Shown here: one piece after another, positions 29,036-40,037 of the stretch | How positions within the stretch are numbered: position 1 is the stretch's first letter | Layout: the number at the start of each line of letters is the position of its first letter | From: Hadesarchaea archaeon | GTDB taxonomy: Archaea > Hadarchaeota > Hadarchaeia > Hadarchaeales > WYZ-LMO6 | Direction of reading: 5' to 3' | DNA: 64,000 bases | Assembly (NCBI GenBank): GCA_029259185.1 | Contig: JAPDJF010000003.1 | Coordinates: 1-64,000 of the forward strand | Notes under the pieces: model-generated | Seen by the model: only the letters and a program-made list of their open reading frames with translations | Databases searched by the model: none | What the model was told of the DNA's origin: nothing | Made by a program: the position numbers and the translations under genes

Positions 29036-30555
29036 CTCCTTGCAGGTCTCTCGAACTTTCGGAGTTCAATTACCTCCACCCTCACGTTTGCCTTCGAGCA
29101 AGTTTCTACAAGCGAACTACCCCATCTCTTGGGATCGTTAAAGAGTAAAACCCTGCGATACATCTTTCCGTACCTTAAGAGATATTCCGAAAGCGATTCA
29201 CACACCGTGTTAATCTGTGCTTCATCCAGCTCTTTTGGAACCACCACTTGGCCTAAGGGATAAAAATCCTCTAGCTCCTCGGGGACTACCCCGAATGGTG
29301 GCACGAGTCTCACCACGTGAATAGATTCAAGGTTCTCCAACATTACCTTGCGTTTCTCAAAGGATGGCAACAAAACCAGAGTTTCGGCCGATGGGGGCTT
29401 ATATCTCCTCATCCTAGATCGGTGTCGGAGAACCTCCGGACGTCTCACAGCCTCAGAACCGAGATAATCGAACGCCGAGGGTTTTGTGACGGGATCGAAT
29501 CGCTCTATGAATTCGGTGTAGTTCATGAGTCTCCTGAGTCCCTCGAGTAGCTTGGGGTGAGATCTGCACTTTAGCTCAACGTATTCCCACAACCTCCCCT
29601 CGACTATCGCCTGTCTTATCCTTCGGATCTCCCCAAAGAGAACATGCAGGTTGTGTCGAGCCAGAACTCTGATCCTCTCGTCGGTTGGGGCTTCCTTCAG
29701 TTCTCCCACCGAATATCCAGTGCAGACCGGACACTCACACGGGAGGAAGGCGAGGTCCTCAAGTTTCAGGGTTTTCTCGTGGGTAAGATACCGACCGTCT
29801 CTTGCGTACAGTATGTATGAGGCTGAATCGAAGAGGTCACAGCCCATGAGCACCAACATCGATAGAACCATTGGGTGTCCAGCTCCGAAGAGATGGACTG
29901 GTCGATCTAGGGGAAGGTGCATTTTGGCGGTCATCACCAAATCGACGATGTCAGTGTACGCATATCCCTCCAAGAATTCGACAGGGCTACCGATCGCGTG
30001 GATATGGTAGTCCATCGTACCCATCCTCCGGGCACACTCAGCGACCAAATCCAAATATTTCCCCCCTTGGACGGGAGCACACCAAATCGTTTCTGGATTC
30101 GATCTGAAACGTGTTGCTCGTTCAGCACGCTCCACTGTCGCCCTAACCGTTTCCAGCGCATGATTCCTCGAAGCCGCTGCTCCGGTCGGGACATCCAAAA
30201 TGGTCGCGATGTCTGAACCTATCGAATCTTGGTACTTCACCACTTCGTCAGGATCAGCATCGATTTCTCCGTATCGAAGGATTTGATACCCTCCGGAATC
30301 GGTAGCGATGGGGCCGTTGTAGTCCAGCATCTCGTGGACTTCTCCGTCTCCAAACTTCTTCATCAAAAAATAAGCATTAGTCATAATCAAACTCTCTTTG
30401 AATTCTCGCTTGATCTCAGATGGTTTGATGATGAGGTTGGATGGATCGACTACGGGCATTAGAGCGGGGGTGAGCACTCGTCCATGTCCGGTTCTCAGTT
30501 CGCCTGTTCTACCCATCCCATCCCGGTGGATTATTCGAAAAAATCCTCTTGACAT
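29032..30555 (-). CDS. tgtA: Archaeosine tRNA-guanine(15) transglycosylase
   Basis: TP.LMPV, TDSGGYQ, PVQGG, HLFGAGHP, DLFDSASY, C.CPVC, HNL. Confidence 0.95.
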   Translation of the reverse strand: MSRGFFRIIHRDGMGRTGELRTGHGRVLTPALMPVVDPSNLIIKPSEIKREFKESLIMTNAYFLMKKFGDGEVHEMLDYNGPIATDSGGYQILRYGEIDADPDEVVKYQDSIGSDIATILDVPTGAAASRNHALETVRATVERAERATRFRSNPETIWCAPVQGGKYLDLVAECARRMGTMDYHIHAIGSPVEFLEGYAYTDIVDLVMTAKMHLPLDRPVHLFGAGHPMVLSMLVLMGCDLFDSASYILYARDGRYLTHEKTLKLEDLAFLPCECPVCTGYSVGELKEAPTDERIRVLARHNLHVLFGEIRRIRQAIVEGRLWEYVELKCRSHPKLLEGLRRLMNYTEFIERFDPVTKPSAFDYLGSEAVRRPEVLRHRSRMRRYKPPSAETLVLLPSFEKRKVMLENLESIHVVRLVPPFGVVPEELEDFYPLGQVVVPKELDEAQINTVCESLSEYLLRYGKMYRRVLLFNDPKRWGSSLVETCSKANVRVEVIELRKFERPARR

Positions 30556-30564
30556 CTCAAACGA

Positions 30565-31776
30565 TCAGCAAACTTCGATCTTTCCTTCAGCTAGTGCATC
30601 ACAGAAATCGTCTATGTGTTCAAGGGCTAGATTCATCTTCTCCAATATTTCATTCCTGATCTCCCCGATCGATGTTCCGGGTTTCGTTATCACCCTCGTT
30701 ATACCTATCGTGGGCTGATCAATCGGCTTGCCAATTTGACTCACGAGCCAAACATAGACCTCCACCACACCCGGAATCTCCTCATAGATTCGTTGGGCAA
30801 TGGAATGGGTGAGCAAATTGTATATCTTCCCCACATGACTCACAGGGTTCTTCCCCGCCGCAGCTTCTGAACCCATCGGCCTGTTTAGTGGAATGACTCC
30901 ATTTGAGCGGTTCCCCCTTCCGACTTGTCCCGAATCCGCACCATCCGCACTCGTTCCGAGCACGGTGAGGTATACCCCCTCCTCTCCGTGACCACTCGTG
31001 TCCAGGGTATTGAGGTCAATTCTGACTTTCTTGAAATCTCCTCTTTCCTTCACGTACCTCTCTATATCTGCGAGTACCTCCGATTTTTTCCGGAAGTAGT
31101 CTTCTTCGTTCATGACGAATCTATCGACGAAAGCTATCCCCACTGTAAGATGTACCTCATCGTTCTTCCTTACCCCCATCACTTTCACATCCTCGCCGGA
31201 TTCGGGGAAAGTTTTCTTGAATCGCTTGGAATTGATGTATTTCTCAAGGTCGAGCACCAGTCTTTCCAGGCGTGAGAGTGGGGCATAACCCACGGCGGCC
31301 GAGGTGTCGTTGGCATTAAAGGTTTTGCCTTTCCGCCTGAATATACTGGTGAGGGAAGCTGAGCCTGCTTTGAACTCCACTTGATAGTTGATGTGTTTGT
31401 CTGGATAAACAAACCTCATGTGCTCAGAGAACCAGTTCTTAGCGGCTTTGATCGCGAGGTCTCCCACAGGAATTTCAACGTCTTCGACCTTAGAGGTCGC
31501 TCGGTCCCCAAAGACGAGCAACATGGGTTTTTTTACCTCCCCTCCACCGAACTTGGTTTCAACTTCTCCTGCAACTAGGAGGGATTTGTCAACGTTGTAG
31601 TGGAGTATTTGGCCGAATCTCCTCTTGTACTCCCTATCTAGCTCCACCGAGATCTTGTCGAATATCAGATCACAGATCGTGTCGGGGTGACCCAATCCCT
31701 TGCGTTCGACTATTTCGAGTTTCTGTTCTTCCATCGGCTCTTGGTTCAGTTCCTCCACTATCAAATTCCTTCCCAA
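30565..31776 (-). CDS. mat: Archaeal S-adenosylmethionine synthetase
   Basis: EIVERKG.GHPD, ANDTS, GEDVKVMG, GRGNR.NG, GKNPVSHVGKIYN. Confidence 0.95.
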   Translation of the reverse strand: MGRNLIVEELNQEPMEEQKLEIVERKGLGHPDTICDLIFDKISVELDREYKRRFGQILHYNVDKSLLVAGEVETKFGGGEVKKPMLLVFGDRATSKVEDVEIPVGDLAIKAAKNWFSEHMRFVYPDKHINYQVEFKAGSASLTSIFRRKGKTFNANDTSAAVGYAPLSRLERLVLDLEKYINSKRFKKTFPESGEDVKVMGVRKNDEVHLTVGIAFVDRFVMNEEDYFRKKSEVLADIERYVKERGDFKKVRIDLNTLDTSGHGEEGVYLTVLGTSADGADSGQVGRGNRSNGVIPLNRPMGSEAAAGKNPVSHVGKIYNLLTHSIAQRIYEEIPGVVEVYVWLVSQIGKPIDQPTIGITRVITKPGTSIGEIRNEILEKMNLALEHIDDFCDALAEGKIEVC

Positions 31777-31871
31777 TTCTTCACCTGCTGAAGTAGATTT
31801 TTTTCACCACTTAAAGCTTTACCCCCAGCTAGTGTACCGACAAAGTTAATGGCTCGTCTCACATAATCTTT

Positions 31872-32594
31872 GTGGAAGATGGTATGGATCCTGTGAAGGA
31901 GCGGGTGGCGAAGCTGATAGCAGGAGACATTACCCTTTCTGATAGACCGAACGAGGCCCTGAAGAGATGGAGGGAAATATTCAACCTCAGCCAGAAAACA
32001 CTCGCCGAAGCCCTGAAGGTTTCTCCCTCGTTTATAAGTGACTATGAAAGCGGGAGGAGAAAATCGCCCGGTACTACCACTATAAAACGTATCGTCGAAA
32101 CGCTTATCCGAGCGGATGAGGAACGTGGTGGAAAGATGATTCTGGCTTTCAAGGGGATGTTTGGTGCACACTTTTCACCAGATATCATCTTGGGTATCAC
32201 CGAATTCAAGAAGCCCATCAACGGTCAAAGCGTTTGCAGGGCGGTGAACGGGAGGGTCGTAGCGAATCGGCATTTGCTCAACCGAAAGCTCTTCGGTTAT
32301 ACCGTTATAGACAGCTACAAAGCCGTAATGAAGTTATCGGTTGATGAATTTAAACAGCTTTACGGGCTCAGTTCTGAACGTGCGCTTGTCTTCACCAGGG
32401 TCACCACTGGGAGGACGCCCATGGTGGCCGTGAAGGTGATCGGTATCACTCCGGGAATGGTCGTGTTGCACGGGCCCCTAAAGCGTGTGGATCCCCTGGG
32501 GATAAGGCTGGCGGAAAGCCTACACGTTCCTCTCGTTCACTCTCACGTGCCATCCGTCGACGAACTTTTAGAAAAGTTGAGACATCTGGAATGA
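31872..32594 (+). CDS. XRE-HTH transcriptional regulator (archaeal COG1709-like)
   Basis: IAGDITLS..P...L..WR..F..SQ..LA......[13 protein letters not shown]; RAL.FT.VT.GR.PMVA. Confidence 0.85.
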   Translation: MEDGMDPVKERVAKLIAGDITLSDRPNEALKRWREIFNLSQKTLAEALKVSPSFISDYESGRRKSPGTTTIKRIVETLIRADEERGGKMILAFKGMFGAHFSPDIILGITEFKKPINGQSVCRAVNGRVVANRHLLNRKLFGYTVIDSYKAVMKLSVDEFKQLYGLSSERALVFTRVTTGRTPMVAVKVIGITPGMVVLHGPLKRVDPLGIRLAESLHVPLVHSHVPSVDELLEKLRHLE

Positions 32595-32673
32595 AGCACT
32601 CGTTGACAGCTCCATCAAAAGAGTGGCCTGGGAAATATTTAAAATCCCAGTTCAAAGGTTGCTTGAGGTCTGG

Positions 32674-33723
32674 ATGAAAGTCGGGATAGTAGGATATGGG
32701 GGATACATACCCCGTTATCGCTTGAAGGTAGAGGAAATCGCGAAGGTGTGGGGGGTAAACCCGAGGCAGATCAAGAGGGGGTTGGGGGTAGAAGAGAAAT
32801 CCGTGCCCGGTCCGGATGAGGATACTGTAACGATCTCGGTGGAGGCCGCTAGGAACGCCTTGAGGAGGGCGGGGATAGATCCGAGATCCATAGGGGCCGT
32901 ATACGTGGGGTCCGAATCTCACCCTTACACGGTGAAACCCACCGCAACCATCGTGTCCGAGGCAATAGGAGCCACCCCCGAATTGACGGCGGCTGATTTC
33001 GAATTTGCTTGTAAAGCGGGTACGGCGGGGATCCAAGCGTGTATGGGGATGGTAGAATCCGGAATGATCAAGTACGGTTTGGCCGTGGGGGCCGATACCG
33101 CCCAGAGTAGCCCCGGCGATGCTTTGGAATATGCCGCGGCGGCAGGGGGGGCTGCTGTGATAGTGGGAAAAGCTGAGGATGATGCCTTGGCCATCATCGA
33201 GGGAACTTATTCGTACACCACGGATACCCCAGACTTCTGGCGCAGGGAGATGAAGCCGTATCCAAAGCATGGTGGGAGGTTCACGGGGAAGCCTGGGTAC
33301 TTCAAGCATACGCTCTCCGCAGCATACGGTCTGCTCAGGCAGCTGAAGCTGACTCCAAAGGACTTCGACCACGCGGTGTTCCATCAACCCAACGGGAAAT
33401 TTCCAGTAGAGGCGGCAAAGGAACTCGGATTTTCAATGGATCAGATTCGAGCAGGTCTCCTCGCGCCTAAGATAGGGAACACGTACTCTGGCTCTAGTTT
33501 GCTTGGACTCGCGTCCGTGCTTGATCAGTCGAAAGAGGGTGATAGGATCCTCTTGGTATCCTACGGTTCTGGAGCAGGGAGTGATGCTTTTAGCCTCATC
33601 GTGACCGAAAGCATAGAGTCCAAACGAGATCTCAGCCCCAAAATTTCAGATTTCATCGAGGACAAGGTTTACATCGACTATGCGACCTATTGTAAACTAA
33701 CACGGAAGTTGGTGAGGAAGTAA
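32674..33723 (+). CDS. hmgS: Hydroxymethylglutaryl-CoA synthase
   Basis: [33 protein letters not shown]. Confidence 0.95.
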   Translation: MKVGIVGYGGYIPRYRLKVEEIAKVWGVNPRQIKRGLGVEEKSVPGPDEDTVTISVEAARNALRRAGIDPRSIGAVYVGSESHPYTVKPTATIVSEAIGATPELTAADFEFACKAGTAGIQACMGMVESGMIKYGLAVGADTAQSSPGDALEYAAAAGGAAVIVGKAEDDALAIIEGTYSYTTDTPDFWRREMKPYPKHGGRFTGKPGYFKHTLSAAYGLLRQLKLTPKDFDHAVFHQPNGKFPVEAAKELGFSMDQIRAGLLAPKIGNTYSGSSLLGLASVLDQSKEGDRILLVSYGSGAGSDAFSLIVTESIESKRDLSPKISDFIEDKVYIDYATYCKLTRKLVRK

Positions 33724-34886
33724 TGAGAAGGGTAGCCTTGGTCGGGGTCGGTCAGACCAAATTCGGAGAGCTGTGGGACACATCTTTTAGACAGATGATA
33801 ATCGAGGCTGGGACGAGGGCCATCGAGGATGCGGGGATGGAGGGTGAGAAAATAGGAGCGATGTACGTGGGGAACATGTCGGCTGGGCAGTTCATCCATC
33901 AGGAGCACATAGCCTCCCTCATAGCCGATCACTCAGGACTAGCACCCATCCCTTGCACGAGGATCGAGGCTGCGTGTGCTTCGGGGGGGCTGGCGTTACG
34001 GGAGGCGATGATTGCAGTTGGCTCTGGGATTCATGATATCGTGGTCGCCGCTGGAATAGAGAAGATGACCGATGTGATTGCGGAACAGAGTCTCGAAGCA
34101 CTAGCCACGGTTTCTGATCAAGAGTGGGAAGCTTTCGTTGGTGCGACATTTCCGGCCCTTTTCGCCCTGATGGCCCGCAGGCACATGCACGAATTTGGGA
34201 CCACGGAGGAACAGATGGCGTTGGTAGCAGTGAAGAATCACCATAACGCTCGTCTCAACGCATACGCTCAGCATCACATCGAGATAACCGTTGACCAAGT
34301 TCTGCAGTCGCCGCCCATATGCTCACCATTGAAAATGCTCGAATGCGCATCGATCACCGATGGTGCCGCGTGCGTGATCCTTGCCCCGTTGGAGGAGGCG
34401 AGGAAGTACACGGATACTCCCATAGAGATAGTGGGAGCAGGACAGGCTAGCGATACCATAGCACTCCATGATCGTCAATCGCTCGTGAACCTTCGCTCAA
34501 CCCGTGAGGCAGCTAAGGCAGCCTACCAAATGGCGGGCTTGCGCCCGGAGGACGTAGATCTGGCTGAGGTACAGGATAGTACCACCATCTCAGAGATAAT
34601 AGCTATCGAAGACCTTGGTTTTTGCAAGAAGGGTGAAGGAGGGAAGGTCACCGAGGACGGCATGACAGCCATAGATGGAGCACTTCCCATAAATCCAAGC
34701 GGAGGTTTGAAGGGGAAGGGCCATCCCATAGGGGCTACCGGCATATCCCAGGCGGTTGAAATAGCACTTCAGCTCCGGGGGGAAGCGGGAAAGAGGCAGG
34801 TGAAGAATGCTGAGATAGGGTTGACCCACAACATAGGTGGAAGTGGGGGGACGGCAGTAGTTCACATATTCAGGAGGCAAGATTAA
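33723..34886 (+). CDS. Acetoacetyl-CoA thiolase
   Basis: [22 protein letters not shown]; in the HMGS-thiolase-DUF35 cluster. Confidence 0.93.
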   Translation: MRRVALVGVGQTKFGELWDTSFRQMIIEAGTRAIEDAGMEGEKIGAMYVGNMSAGQFIHQEHIASLIADHSGLAPIPCTRIEAACASGGLALREAMIAVGSGIHDIVVAAGIEKMTDVIAEQSLEALATVSDQEWEAFVGATFPALFALMARRHMHEFGTTEEQMALVAVKNHHNARLNAYAQHHIEITVDQVLQSPPICSPLKMLECASITDGAACVILAPLEEARKYTDTPIEIVGAGQASDTIALHDRQSLVNLRSTREAAKAAYQMAGLRPEDVDLAEVQDSTTISEIIAIEDLGFCKKGEGGKVTEDGMTAIDGALPINPSGGLKGKGHPIGATGISQAVEIALQLRGEAGKRQVKNAEIGLTHNIGGSGGTAVVHIFRRQD

Positions 34887-35302
34887 TGCACGTACCACGT
34901 TTCTGGAGGGAGATACCGAACCGGTACAATCTGATAGGGACCAAATGTAATCACTGTAACAAGGTGTTTTTCCCGCCTAGAGCCATATGTCCGAATTGTA
35001 GAAGGGTGGGGAATCTAGAACCGTGCAAGCTTGAGGGGAAGGGAAAGGTTCTCTCCTTTACGGTGGTACATGTTGCCCCTCAAGACTTCAAGGACCAAGT
35101 CCCCTACGTGTTAGCCATAATCGAGCTCAAGGAGGGGCCGAAGCTCATGGCTCAGGTCACCGATTGTGATCCCGATGAGGTGGAAATCGGAGCCGAAGTC
35201 GAAATAACCTTCAGGAGGATAAAGGAGGATAGCGAGGAGGGAATAATCCACTACGGACCCAAAGCCAAACTCTTGAGGTCTAAACCCTCCGAGCAAACGT
35301 GA
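34886..35302 (+). CDS. DUF35 Zn-ribbon/OB-fold scaffold protein
   Basis: C..C...FFPPR..C..C, G.G.V.SFT. Confidence 0.93.
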   Translation: MHVPRFWREIPNRYNLIGTKCNHCNKVFFPPRAICPNCRRVGNLEPCKLEGKGKVLSFTVVHVAPQDFKDQVPYVLAIIELKEGPKLMAQVTDCDPDEVEIGAEVEITFRRIKEDSEEGIIHYGPKAKLLRSKPSEQT

Positions 35303-36038
35303 GATACCCCGTGTGGGCTACCATTCTTGTCTTGGGTCTTGTAGCTCCCGGTTTTACTTCGAATTCTCTGACCAAGCATTCGATCGTTTTGAGGTTCGTG
35401 AATTTGTATGCGGGGAACTCGGAGTAAAGACGTTGAACGTGTTCGATGCAGGGGGTAAAGGCAGCTAGGTATCCACCCGGCTTTAAGGCCACCTCAGCAT
35501 GAGGTAGCACCTTTTCAGGAGTTGGGATGTCGAGGGTTACTAAGTCGAGGTCCTCCTCCTCTATACCCTCACATATGTCTTTAAGCTTGATCTCGATGAT
35601 CTTCTCGAGCCCTGCCATACGTACATTCTCCATCGCGACACGGGCGAAGTCTTCCCTCACTTCGTAGCTCACCACCCTACCCCCGGGTTTTACGAGGTTT
35701 CCCAGAAAAATAGCCAATGAGCCCGAACCCGTTCCCCCATCCACCACTCTGTCTCCCGGTCCAACTCCTGTGTATGCCACTATCTGGGCAGCGTCTTTGG
35801 GGAGCACTATTTGGGGCAGCCTGCGTATCTTTTGCAAGATGTCACTCATCCTAGGCTGAAGGACCGTGAATTCTCTTCCCATATGGGACTTCAGCTTGTC
35901 ACCGAACGGGATCCCTATCGCGCTACCTAGGTCCACGACTCCAAGATCCGTGTGGATGGGTTTCCTAGTTGCGCGCACCAAGTACTTTCTCCCCAGTTCA
36001 TCGATCAAGAGAATGCGTTGACCTTCCGTAACCCGCAT
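35280..36038 (-). CDS. trmI: tRNA (adenine-N1)-methyltransferase
   Basis: R.PQI..PKD, G.GSGSL, LD.P.P, RP...M..HTGYL. Confidence 0.93.
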   Translation of the reverse strand: MRVTEGQRILLIDELGRKYLVRATRKPIHTDLGVVDLGSAIGIPFGDKLKSHMGREFTVLQPRMSDILQKIRRLPQIVLPKDAAQIVAYTGVGPGDRVVDGGTGSGSLAIFLGNLVKPGGRVVSYEVREDFARVAMENVRMAGLEKIIEIKLKDICEGIEEEDLDLVTLDIPTPEKVLPHAEVALKPGGYLAAFTPCIEHVQRLYSEFPAYKFTNLKTIECLVREFEVKPGATRPKTRMVAHTGYLTFARRV

Positions 36039-36087
36039 AGTTCTTTCATTTATTAACTCCGTTTACATTTAAAAATGGACAAAGGGG

Positions 36088-36972
36088 ATGGGGTTGGATC
36101 TTACCCGACATCTCAAAGAGTGGAGTCCGCGCAGGATGGCACTTATCCCGCTAGCGATAGCCCTCTTTTTCTCGTGTAGCCTTTTGGTTTTCAACATCCC
36201 GCTGGGGAGGGACTTCAGAGGAGGAACACTGATTCAAGTGAGGGGACTCGAGACCGCTCCGTCCGTTGAGAACATCCAGTTATTGGCGAGCCACTTGCTC
36301 GGAGCGAGCGTTGAGGTTCAACTCACCGAGTACGGGGGGACATTCGGTGTTGATATCGAGGCAGACAATCGTGATCTCTCCGATGGGGTGAGGGAAGAGC
36401 TTGAGAACGCTCTCGCGAATACATTGGGGATAAGTGCGGATAAGGTTGGTGTGTACAACATGGGATCCGTGTTGACAGAAATCTCGAAGGGTCAAGCAAA
36501 GAACGCGATAATCGCGGCCTCTATCGCTATGGCGATTATCGTGTTCATTAACTTTAGGAGGGGCGTGCTTGTGAGTTCCATGCTCGTGTCCATAGGGTTG
36601 GACGCGTTGGATGCCCTCGGTTGTATGGCGATTTTTGGTGTACCGCTGAGCATAGCATCTGTTGCTGGATTCTTGATGCTCATAGGATACTCTGTGGACA
36701 CGAACGTTCTGTTGGTAACTCAAGTCGAGCGGGGAATCTCCGGAACGCCGAGAGAGCAGGCGGCCTCAGCGATGAAAACAGGTCTAACGATGAGCATCAC
36801 CACACTGACGGTTCTCATCGCACTGAACATTCTGACTACCTCCCCCACCATCGCGGAACTGACATACGTTTTGATCTTCGGGGTGATATTCGATATCATC
36901 AACACTTGGTTCTTCAATGCGAGTGTTGTCATCTCAAGAAAGAAGAGGAGGGAAATACCTGTTGCTCTCTAA
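36088..36972 (+). CDS. secF: Protein translocase subunit SecF
   Basis: G.DF.GG, LMLIGYSVDT..LL, 6 TM segments. Confidence 0.88.
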   Translation: MGLDLTRHLKEWSPRRMALIPLAIALFFSCSLLVFNIPLGRDFRGGTLIQVRGLETAPSVENIQLLASHLLGASVEVQLTEYGGTFGVDIEADNRDLSDGVREELENALANTLGISADKVGVYNMGSVLTEISKGQAKNAIIAASIAMAIIVFINFRRGVLVSSMLVSIGLDALDALGCMAIFGVPLSIASVAGFLMLIGYSVDTNVLLVTQVERGISGTPREQAASAMKTGLTMSITTLTVLIALNILTTSPTIAELTYVLIFGVIFDIINTWFFNASVVISRKKRREIPVAL

Positions 36973-38809
36973 AGACAAATACGTGCTCCTCACCCTGTTT
37001 TTGGTAGTCCTCTCTACACTCTCGATCTGGAGACCATGGGTACCCGTGGACGAGAGAGCAGAAAACACGATGGGGGTGGTGAGTCACTTCACCCGGGGGC
37101 TGAATTTCGGTGTAGATATAGTTGGTGGCTCTAGGATAATCCTAGCTCTAGAGGCATCCCACCTCACCATACATCTCCCCCCAGATGACCCTGAAAACAA
37201 GTATCGAAAGGTGTGTGAACTGCTTGAGGATCGCCTCTTCACCAGGGTTCTGCCCGTAGACGCAGAAGGAAAGCTAATTTCTTCTGGTCTCCCCTACGAT
37301 CCCGTGACGAACATCGCTATCATTGAAATAGGTCTGCCAGCCACAGGAGGCGTGTTGAGTTCGATCGAGAACCTAATAGGTGATCTCGTTGAGATAGTGA
37401 AAATCGAAAACGCGGTGTGCGGTGATACCCGTGACGAGGTGATAGAAATCCTGAAGAACCGGGTGGATCCCACCGGCACGCGCGGGGCCGTGTTGAAGTC
37501 ATTGGGTGCGAACCTCGTTCTCTACGAGATTCCGGAACTCACTCCTCAGGAGGCTGAAGTCCTGCTGGGTAGACGGGGGGAACTCGAGATATTCTTTGAA
37601 AACCAACGAGTGCTCCAAGGTGGTGATATAATCAGAGTGGATCCCCCCCATCCGAGTCTGGAGAAGACCAACACGGTGGAACTCCCGTTCAGACTAACCG
37701 ATGATGGTGCTGAAAGGTTCAGGAATGCGGCGGCGGGAAAACCTAATTATCCCACCGTGGTGTACGTCGACCGCCCCAAGGATGGAGTGATTCTCTTCGA
37801 CGAATCCATTCTAGATCACCTCCACCGCTTCACCTATGATTCTTCTGCTTACATGTTTAAGGCCACGGGGATGCCTTCGGAGGGTGGTGGATATTATCTC
37901 CAAGTTCCAGCGGTTGGAACTCCGAAGGATGCTCTCTCAACCGATGCATTACGATTTCTGGAAGCTCAATCGGGGATCAAACTCAGAATCCTCTTAATCG
38001 GAGAATTCTCCCAGCGGGTGATAGGAAGCATTCCAAAGGGGTACTCGGTAGAGAACGTGGCGAGACTTACGGAGGTCGAGGATTGGATAAAGCAAGCGTG
38101 CGGATGTGAGAGCGTGATTACCATCAGCCCGGCGCTTGCTCAAGAGTTTGCAGAGGGAAAGGTGGTCAGAGACCTTGAGATAACCATCACGAGAGCATCG
38201 GTTGAGGAAGCGATGCGAGAAGCCAAAAACTTGAGAACAATTCTGACTCAGACCCTTCCGGTAAGTATCTCTATCGAAGGAGAAACAGCGATAGAACCGA
38301 GGTTGGGGTCCATGTTCTTTAAGGAGATCGTGTGGGCGGGGATCATATCCCTTGTCGGGGTGGGACTAGTTATTTATCTCCGGTACAGGTGGTTGAGGAT
38401 AAGCTTGGCCATCATGGGGGCGATGATATGTGAGCTCATCATCACCTTGGGTATAGCCTCCGTTCTTCCTTATAACATGGATCTCGCGGAGCTTGGAGGA
38501 GTAATATTGGTAATAGGTACGGGTGTCGATTCACAGATAATCATTACGGACGAGCTAATGCGTGAAATGATTCCGTTCGTGAGACGGCCGAGCATGACCG
38601 AGCGAATAAAGAGGGCGTTCAGGGTGATATGGGGTTCCGCTTTGACCACGCTCGTGGCGATGATAGCGTTAGCCACCCTTGGTTTCGGAGCGATGCGTGG
38701 GTTCGCCATCATCACTTTGCTCGGTATACTCGTCTCGGTGCTTATCACGAGACCATTTTATGCTAGGGTCGCGAGCAATATTATACCCGGAAAATCAAGT
38801 ATGGGGTGA
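36962..38809 (+). CDS. secD: Protein translocase subunit SecD
   Basis: L.FG.D..GGS, R.DP.G, P.LG, IGTGVD.QIIITDE, GFAI.T..G, ITRP. Confidence 0.88.
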   Translation: MLSKDKYVLLTLFLVVLSTLSIWRPWVPVDERAENTMGVVSHFTRGLNFGVDIVGGSRIILALEASHLTIHLPPDDPENKYRKVCELLEDRLFTRVLPVDAEGKLISSGLPYDPVTNIAIIEIGLPATGGVLSSIENLIGDLVEIVKIENAVCGDTRDEVIEILKNRVDPTGTRGAVLKSLGANLVLYEIPELTPQEAEVLLGRRGELEIFFENQRVLQGGDIIRVDPPHPSLEKTNTVELPFRLTDDGAERFRNAAAGKPNYPTVVYVDRPKDGVILFDESILDHLHRFTYDSSAYMFKATGMPSEGGGYYLQVPAVGTPKDALSTDALRFLEAQSGIKLRILLIGEFSQRVIGSIPKGYSVENVARLTEVEDWIKQACGCESVITISPALAQEFAEGKVVRDLEITITRASVEEAMREAKNLRTILTQTLPVSISIEGETAIEPRLGSMFFKEIVWAGIISLVGVGLVIYLRYRWLRISLAIMGAMICELIITLGIASVLPYNMDLAELGGVILVIGTGVDSQIIITDELMREMIPFVRRPSMTERIKRAFRVIWGSALTTLVAMIALATLGFGAMRGFAIITLLGILVSVLITRPFYARVASNIIPGKSSMG

Positions 38810-38813
38810 GAGA

Positions 38814-39635
38814 ATGATCAGGGTGTCCCTGTGTGGGGCGTGTGGGCGGATGGGTAAAACCATAGTTCAAAAGATATCGAAACAAGAGGACATGAAGCTC
38901 GTGGCAGCGATCGATGCACCCCACACACCGTTGAAGGGAAAGGATGTAGGTGAGGTCGCAGGGGTGGGTAGGCTCGGGGTTGAAGTGGTGGGGGCGGATG
39001 AACTTGAGAGAGTCTTGGCGGAGACGAAGCCCGATGTGCTCGTGGACTTTACGATGGCAGAAGCAGCCGTTAGCAACATCAAAACGGCAGCCAAACTCAA
39101 GGTTCCAATCGTCGTTGGGACTACCGGGTTCTCGACGGGACAGATGGAAGAGATCCGGAGTGTTGTTAGGAATGCCAACATCCCTGCTTTGCTCGCTCCG
39201 AACATGTCCGTAGGTGTTAATGTCTTCTTTAAAATCCTCAGCGAGATGGCAAGGATTTTGGGAAAGGATTACGATGTGGAGGTGGTGGAGATCCATCACC
39301 GTGGTAAACTCGATTCTCCAAGCGGTACGGCACTCAAAGCGGCGAAGATCGTGGCGGAGGAGTTCGGACGCGGCGAAGGAGCCGTGAAGATTGGAAGGTC
39401 CGCTGGAAAATCGAAGAGGGGTGGGGAGGTGTGTATTCATTCGATTCGGGTAGGAGACGTGGTGGGTGAACACACAGCGATATTTGCCGGACCAGGTGAG
39501 AGAATGGAGCTTACCCACCGGGCACACAGCAGGGAAGCCTTCGCGGAAGGGGTGATAAAAGCCATCCGGTTCTTAGTGAAGGAGGGGAAACCTGGGGCGA
39601 TCCTTGGTATGGAAAACGTGTTGGGTCTGAAGTAG
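38814..39635 (+). CDS. dapB: 4-hydroxy-tetrahydrodipicolinate reductase
   Basis: GACGRMG, DFT, GTTG, PNMS.GVN, EIHH..K.DSPSGTA. Confidence 0.95.
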   Translation: MIRVSLCGACGRMGKTIVQKISKQEDMKLVAAIDAPHTPLKGKDVGEVAGVGRLGVEVVGADELERVLAETKPDVLVDFTMAEAAVSNIKTAAKLKVPIVVGTTGFSTGQMEEIRSVVRNANIPALLAPNMSVGVNVFFKILSEMARILGKDYDVEVVEIHHRGKLDSPSGTALKAAKIVAEEFGRGEGAVKIGRSAGKSKRGGEVCIHSIRVGDVVGEHTAIFAGPGERMELTHRAHSREAFAEGVIKAIRFLVKEGKPGAILGMENVLGLK

Positions 39636-39643
39636 GTGATCGG

Positions 39644-39853
39644 ATGCCTAACTGTATCCTTTGCGAGCATCTCATGATTGATGGTGATGAGTATCTCTGT
39701 AAGGTGAAAGGAAAGCTCGACCTCCCGACTTGGCTTCTCCATCGATTTTCACCTTGTTGCGGCTGGAGCAGGTGTTCATCCTTTGATTATCTCCTCTTTT
39801 TGGAGATGGGGAAGATAGGAAAGGGGTGCACGAGTTTCAAGCGGAAGCACTAA
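39644..39853 (+). CDS. Small Cys-rich hypothetical protein
   Basis: GGTGAT Shine-Dalgarno just after the dapB stop; CxxC plus further Cys. Confidence 0.45.
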   Translation: MPNCILCEHLMIDGDEYLCKVKGKLDLPTWLLHRFSPCCGWSRCSSFDYLLFLEMGKIGKGCTSFKRKH

Positions 39854-40037
39854 GATGTGCCGGGTCTGTGGTAAGGACATTTTATCCCCCTCTTGCAAAA
39901 TCTACATTTCTCTGGGGGCGGGGGGGAGGGGAGAGGTTTTACCATGCGTCCGTACTTCCTCCGGGGCATAGGGGCACGCAAATCAATTAATGCATCAACA
40001 CATAAAAAGTTCCGCGACGAGTAGGAAAAGGAAACCG

